64,000 bases of DNA from Flectonema sp. DT1601 (lineage: Eukaryota): the NCBI GenBank assembly GCA_964019425.1, contig OZ025787.1, positions 992,001-1,056,000 on the forward strand, read 5' to 3'. Positions 59,527-64,000 of this stretch are shown piece by piece. The notes under the pieces are model-generated. The model had not been told where the DNA came from, made no database searches, and worked only from the letters and a program-made list of their open reading frames with translations. The first letter of the stretch is position 1. Each line of letters begins with the position of its first letter. The position numbers and the translations under genes are program-made.

Positions 59527-61501
59527 CTATTGCTGGTCAAGCTCCAAGAAGTCCATCAGAGCTGCGCGTAGCTCCATCGGACGGTGTTCTACCTTTGCCT
59601 GTGTGGTTGTTGTTTTCAATTAGGACTCGTTGATTAAAAGACAACTGATAAAAACAATATTCATCAATCGTTCAATAAAATATTTTGATACACACCTTCT
59701 CTACAAGATCACTGAGCCACATGTTTAGTTGAGTTCGGCGAAGTTCGATTGCCTGCTGACCAGTTTTTTTGAACATACTCTTTGGAGGGAAGTTGGAACC
59801 AGGGTAACCACCAGCTGTGAATTTCTGATGGAGGGTATCAAAGACGCTGTAACGCTTTTGAAGCTTACGGGAGGTACCATTCGTCATTGTAACCTGTACT
59901 ATGTAATAAGTCACACTGTCAAGAGTTTGTGTGTCACACACAGACACTGATTGAAATCGAACACCTTCTCCATCTCCTCCTTGTGAAGCCTGAGAGCCGT
60001 AGCTGGGGGCTCCTCCTTGACGTTGCTCGCGTTGACTGGATTTTCTATTTTCCTGGTCCTGCATTTCTTGTGCTAGCGCCATATCTCTCTGTTCTTGTTC
60101 TAATCTTGATACACCACCAACGCCTTCATAAGATGTACCACTACTGTTAGAGTTGTAAGTATTCCCACCTCCATAAGAAGGTGATGGGCTACTGTATGAT
60201 TGAGGTTGGTTTCCGTAAGAAGGAGCTTGACTACTACTGTACCCTCCTGCTGGTCGGGTAGGTACAGCAGGGGCTGCTCTGGTTTTATTTTCCTGATTTT
60301 GCATTTCTTGCGCTAATGCGAGGTCACGCTGTTCTTGCTCGAGTTGAGTGACACCACCAACACCCTCGTACTGAGTAGTTGAAGAGCGGGGTGGTTGAGC
60401 ACCTTCCATGGCTTGTAATTGTCTTGCCAGATTCTCATCATCGCGCTCTTGCGTTCTCGTATGCTCGTTCTGAATAACTGGCTGAGCCGCTGCTACTGCT
60501 GCCGCTTGTGTGTGAGCCTGCTGGGCAGCTGTATCTCTCGCGCGTCTCTCCATGCTAGCTGTTTCTGTTTGTCCCTTTAGAGCCATAATCTCATCCTTAA
60601 TCTTTTGAATTGTTTTCATTGAGTCTCTCTGTTTTCTTTCAACCTCTGATATTTCATCATGTCCTCCTGCTGCTGCTCCAAGACTCATTAAAGATGGGTC
60701 AAGACCTGTCGGCATTCCAACACCTACCCCGAGACCAGGAGTGAGTCCGACAGTGCCGAGGGCTGGGGTTGGTTGCAATCCAGGAGTGAGTCCACCGACT
60801 GATAGTCCTAACATTCCAGCGCTTAAATCACCTGTTGGTTGGAGACTTGTTGCAGTTCCAAAGTGTCCTCCAGGTAAAGTAGTTGCTGCTCCAATACCTG
60901 GCTGGGGTACCATTCCCATTCCTACTCCAGCTGGTGCCAGTCCAGTTGGTGCAGGAAGACCTCCGAGTGGTGAAGGAGTTGGAAGACCCGCAACTGGTGC
61001 AGAGATTGGAGCAGGTTGGGGTACTTGTGGAAGCATTCCTGGTGTCGGAGCAGCAGGAGGAGCAGACATATTAAAACCTGGTTGCGCAACAGGCTGTTGA
61101 ATACCCAAACCTGGTTGTGGTTGGAGTGCTTGTGGTGGAACACCAAATCCTGGAGTCTGCTGAAAGGGAGCAGGAGCAGCCAGTGGTAGCTGCCCAGCAA
61201 CGTCAGTCGGCTGAAAACCGGCTGTCGGAAGTGGAGCTGCGGGTGCCGCAGCTGGTACGGTAGGAGCGAGACCAAATATCTCATCCAAATCGTTGCTAAT
61301 CTTCGATTGAGTTGTCGCAGGAGCAGCAGGCGCTGGTACAGGTGCTACTGGCGGCGCAACGTACTGTTGCTGAGGAGGCAACATCCCTGGAGCCATCCCC
61401 GGCTGTGGTGGAAACTGTCCAACCTGACCAACCCCGGCTTGCGGTAACCCACCAAGTGGAGCCCCAACATTCGGGTACGTAATCGGCTGCTGAGATAACA
61501 T
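59527..61501 (-). CDS. Pro/Gly-rich protein with UIM-like repeats and C-terminal PX domain (exons 61501-59696 and 59598-59527; 5' end may be incomplete)
   Basis: PX motifs TYYIVQV..KRYSVFDTLHQK..FPPK..IELRRTQLNMWL. A 97-nt intron (GTGTGT..CAG, phase 0) adds AKVEHRPMELRAALMDFLELDQQ*. Repeats: DDENLARQLQ, RDLALAQEMQ, RDMALAQEMQ. Confidence 0.88.
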
Positions 61502-61836
61502 CTTTGAAGTAAAGTACAAAGGGTTACTACCCTACTGTGAAGAAGGAAATGATTTTTATTCAAAAACAAAAATCACAAAGTACGTGCGTACTGTCTAATG
61601 AAATATAGACAGCCATCATTATTTATGTCTGAGAAAGAAATGAATAACTTCATTAAAATACCAATCACAACCATTACACTTAGCGTGATAAGTCGAAGGG
61701 TTTAAAAAGGGGAAAGCACATCCAGCAGTGTACTCCGCAATACAAACGATAAGAAATAATACAAGAAAGAGTATGGCAACGATTAAAATAATACGAAAGT
61801 GTAAATGAAAATAAAAACGAATCAGAACAATGCAAA

Positions 61837-63801
61837 TTATTTTTTGACTTTAGAGTGAATTCGGACACTACCTTGAGGTAGTTGCTTTGACTTTTCCCTA
61901 CTCTGTGTAGCAGGAATGGTGATCTCTTCTTTTGATACCTTGATAGTTTCGAAGGAAAAATTGGGAGCAAAAATAAAATTGTGACCAGCCCAGAGATTAG
62001 ACGCAAGCTCCTCTCCCATTTGCTTATTGACTTCTCTGTAACTTCGCATTGAATTGAGAGCATCTGTTTCAGACTGATGAGAACACAGACTGGCTGACAG
62101 GTCTTGTCGAGACTGTAACTCTCTCGCTTTTAATAATAAATCTGGGAAGTCATCCGTCGGTAGTGACAGTGTAAAGAACTCTTTCTTTGGTGCAGGACCA
62201 TGTCTGCTATAAAAGGCCTCCGCCAGAACAGCATCACACTCACGGAGATACTCTCCAACTTCTTTGCCTTTATTCCAAACAGAAAAATCTGCCTCATATC
62301 TTTGATGTGCCTCTTGCTTTGCTCGTTGATATTTTGCAGTTGCCGACACGATTACGTTATGTCTTACTAAGGAAGAAACTTTTTCAATACCGTAATGTTT
62401 CTTTTTACGCTCTTGTGAGAACAACTTCTGTTCACAGGCCAGGAACTTAAGATGGTTAAAAAGTAATCTTATACGATACAACCTGGTTCTTTTTTTATAG
62501 AATCGCTGCACCTTTTGCACACTAAATATGTAGGTGGCAATAGCCTTCTTGAAGTAAGCAGCATTTGTAAGTATTCGTAAGGCTTTTAGAATTAATACAA
62601 CGCTGCTATGTTTGTTTCGGATTCTTATATAAAGTCTGCATGCCATAGATGTTGTCGTTGCTGCTTGTTTGAACATCTCTAGACGGTTGTCAGTCTTTTG
62701 TAAAGGAGTCCGAAAACTATTAAAATCACGTCGACTCGGAGATCCCAATGATTTGAACGATTGCTGAGATTCTCCTTCTAATTCAAAGTGGGGCTGTACA
62801 TTTGTTTTTATCATTCTTTCGAAAAGTGTCGCAATTTGAACATGAATGACGATAATATTCAGTCCAGCAACTCTCCTTTCTCGGATGCTGCGAGTTTCTG
62901 GATCCCGTTTCTGACTTTTTTTGTGAATCCTTTTCATATTTAAAACATGCTTCTTATCGATACCTTCTTTATTACGACGGACATTATCAGCGTGAAGCTG
63001 TCGCTCTCTGGGACTACGATATGTTCTGAGGGATGTAGTGACAGGAGGTACTGGTAAGATCCCCTTTTGCAATTCAACTATTCGATTCCTCTCAGACTTT
63101 GTTAATTGAAACTGCTTCCATTCATTATTAACCTGAAACGTATTATCAATTACGGAGGTGTCATTCAGTGTTGGTCCTAATTCAGTTTCTGATTGAGAAT
63201 CTGTAGACATATTCATATGAATTACATCTGAAGACCACTGCGACACAACTCTATTAGAAAGACTCTGACGTTGAATTCGATTGCGCGAACCGTCAGTGAC
63301 AATTAAAGTATTGAACTCGTCGGATGTTTCTGAAGAGTCTCTCACTTCGATTCCAATAATATTCGCATGTTGTGTTAAAGGTGACATACAACGTGTCTGA
63401 ATTCTATTGTGAGATAACGAATCTAGTTCCTTATTAAATACCTCAACACGATAATTTATTGCCGTCGATGTACAAAACTCATCTCCAGCAGCTTTCTGCG
63501 TCGCGACAGACAACAGATCATAACCATGTGCTGTATTAATATTTATCGGCTCAGCCAGTGAAACTGATTGACAGCTATTAAGCAAAGCCCCCAACCAGGA
63601 ACTTTGTTGAGGTAGATTTCTTGTTTCAGTAGTGTCTTTTTTAATTAAGGGTGCTTTGGTTTTTTTAATTTCCGACATTTTCTTGAATCCGAATCCCAAA
63701 CACAACTTATCCGCAACAGACGTCAGTCTTACCCCGGGTGGCCTACGACGCTTACTTACTTTACGTTTGCATGGAGGTGATGGTATAATAATACTTTCCA
63801 T
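61837..63801 (-). CDS. Hypothetical protein (~654 aa) with a possible IQ-like motif
   Basis: Long intact ORF with first ATG at 63801 (MESIIIP). SVQKVQRFYKKR is IQ-like. Confidence 0.85.
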   Translation of the reverse strand: MESIIIPSPPCKRKVSKRRRPPGVRLTSVADKLCLGFGFKKMSEIKKTKAPLIKKDTTETRNLPQQSSWLGALLNSCQSVSLAEPININTAHGYDLLSVATQKAAGDEFCTSTAINYRVEVFNKELDSLSHNRIQTRCMSPLTQHANIIGIEVRDSSETSDEFNTLIVTDGSRNRIQRQSLSNRVVSQWSSDVIHMNMSTDSQSETELGPTLNDTSVIDNTFQVNNEWKQFQLTKSERNRIVELQKGILPVPPVTTSLRTYRSPRERQLHADNVRRNKEGIDKKHVLNMKRIHKKSQKRDPETRSIRERRVAGLNIIVIHVQIATLFERMIKTNVQPHFELEGESQQSFKSLGSPSRRDFNSFRTPLQKTDNRLEMFKQAATTTSMACRLYIRIRNKHSSVVLILKALRILTNAAYFKKAIATYIFSVQKVQRFYKKRTRLYRIRLLFNHLKFLACEQKLFSQERKKKHYGIEKVSSLVRHNVIVSATAKYQRAKQEAHQRYEADFSVWNKGKEVGEYLRECDAVLAEAFYSRHGPAPKKEFFTLSLPTDDFPDLLLKARELQSRQDLSASLCSHQSETDALNSMRSYREVNKQMGEELASNLWAGHNFIFAPNFSFETIKVSKEEITIPATQSREKSKQLPQGSVRIHSKVKK

Positions 63802-64000
63802 AACTAAGTGGGTTCCGTTCCTTACCAACTATCATCCCAACGCATACAGTAATAAGCTGCTGGAGGAATATGTGTATAATAATAACACGACAATTAGTTG
63901 AAAGGGGGGCCAGACACCCAACGGAACGACACGCAATGTCCATAACAAACCGACAAAAAAAAATTTTAAAAAAAAAATAAAAATAATAAGCGGAGAAGAC

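Overview
AT-rich eukaryotic DNA, most likely a euglenozoan and probably a diplonemid. That assignment is inferred from three things: every credible protein gene is on the minus strand, cis-introns are few and mostly short GT-AG, and the snoRNA candidates are single hairpins with an AGA box. Three features stand out. (1) An apparently intact I/Ingi-group non-LTR retrotransposon has ORF1 and ORF2 in one frame, separated by a single UAG in a UAG-CAA-UCA (CAR-YYA) readthrough context. A 2A-like StopGo motif (LLRSGIHPNPG|P) follows within 32 codons, just before the endonuclease, giving two stacked recoding signals in about 100 nt. (2) A 10-copy tandem array of a 69-nt H/ACA-like guide RNA has a pocket matching the conserved SSU rRNA site AUGA-U-N-AGAUACCG. 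(3) A theta-like GST gene appears to be nested, on the same strand, in a 2.25-kb intron of a 4-exon membrane-protein gene. The window also holds a bacterial-type UDP-galactopyranose mutase, a 4CL-like ligase, an L0R8F8-like LYR protein, a 1722-aa Cys-rich surface protein, a PX-domain protein, two weakly Mediator-like ORFs and a ~16-kb gene-poor tract. All homology calls come from motif recognition by eye; no database searches were run.
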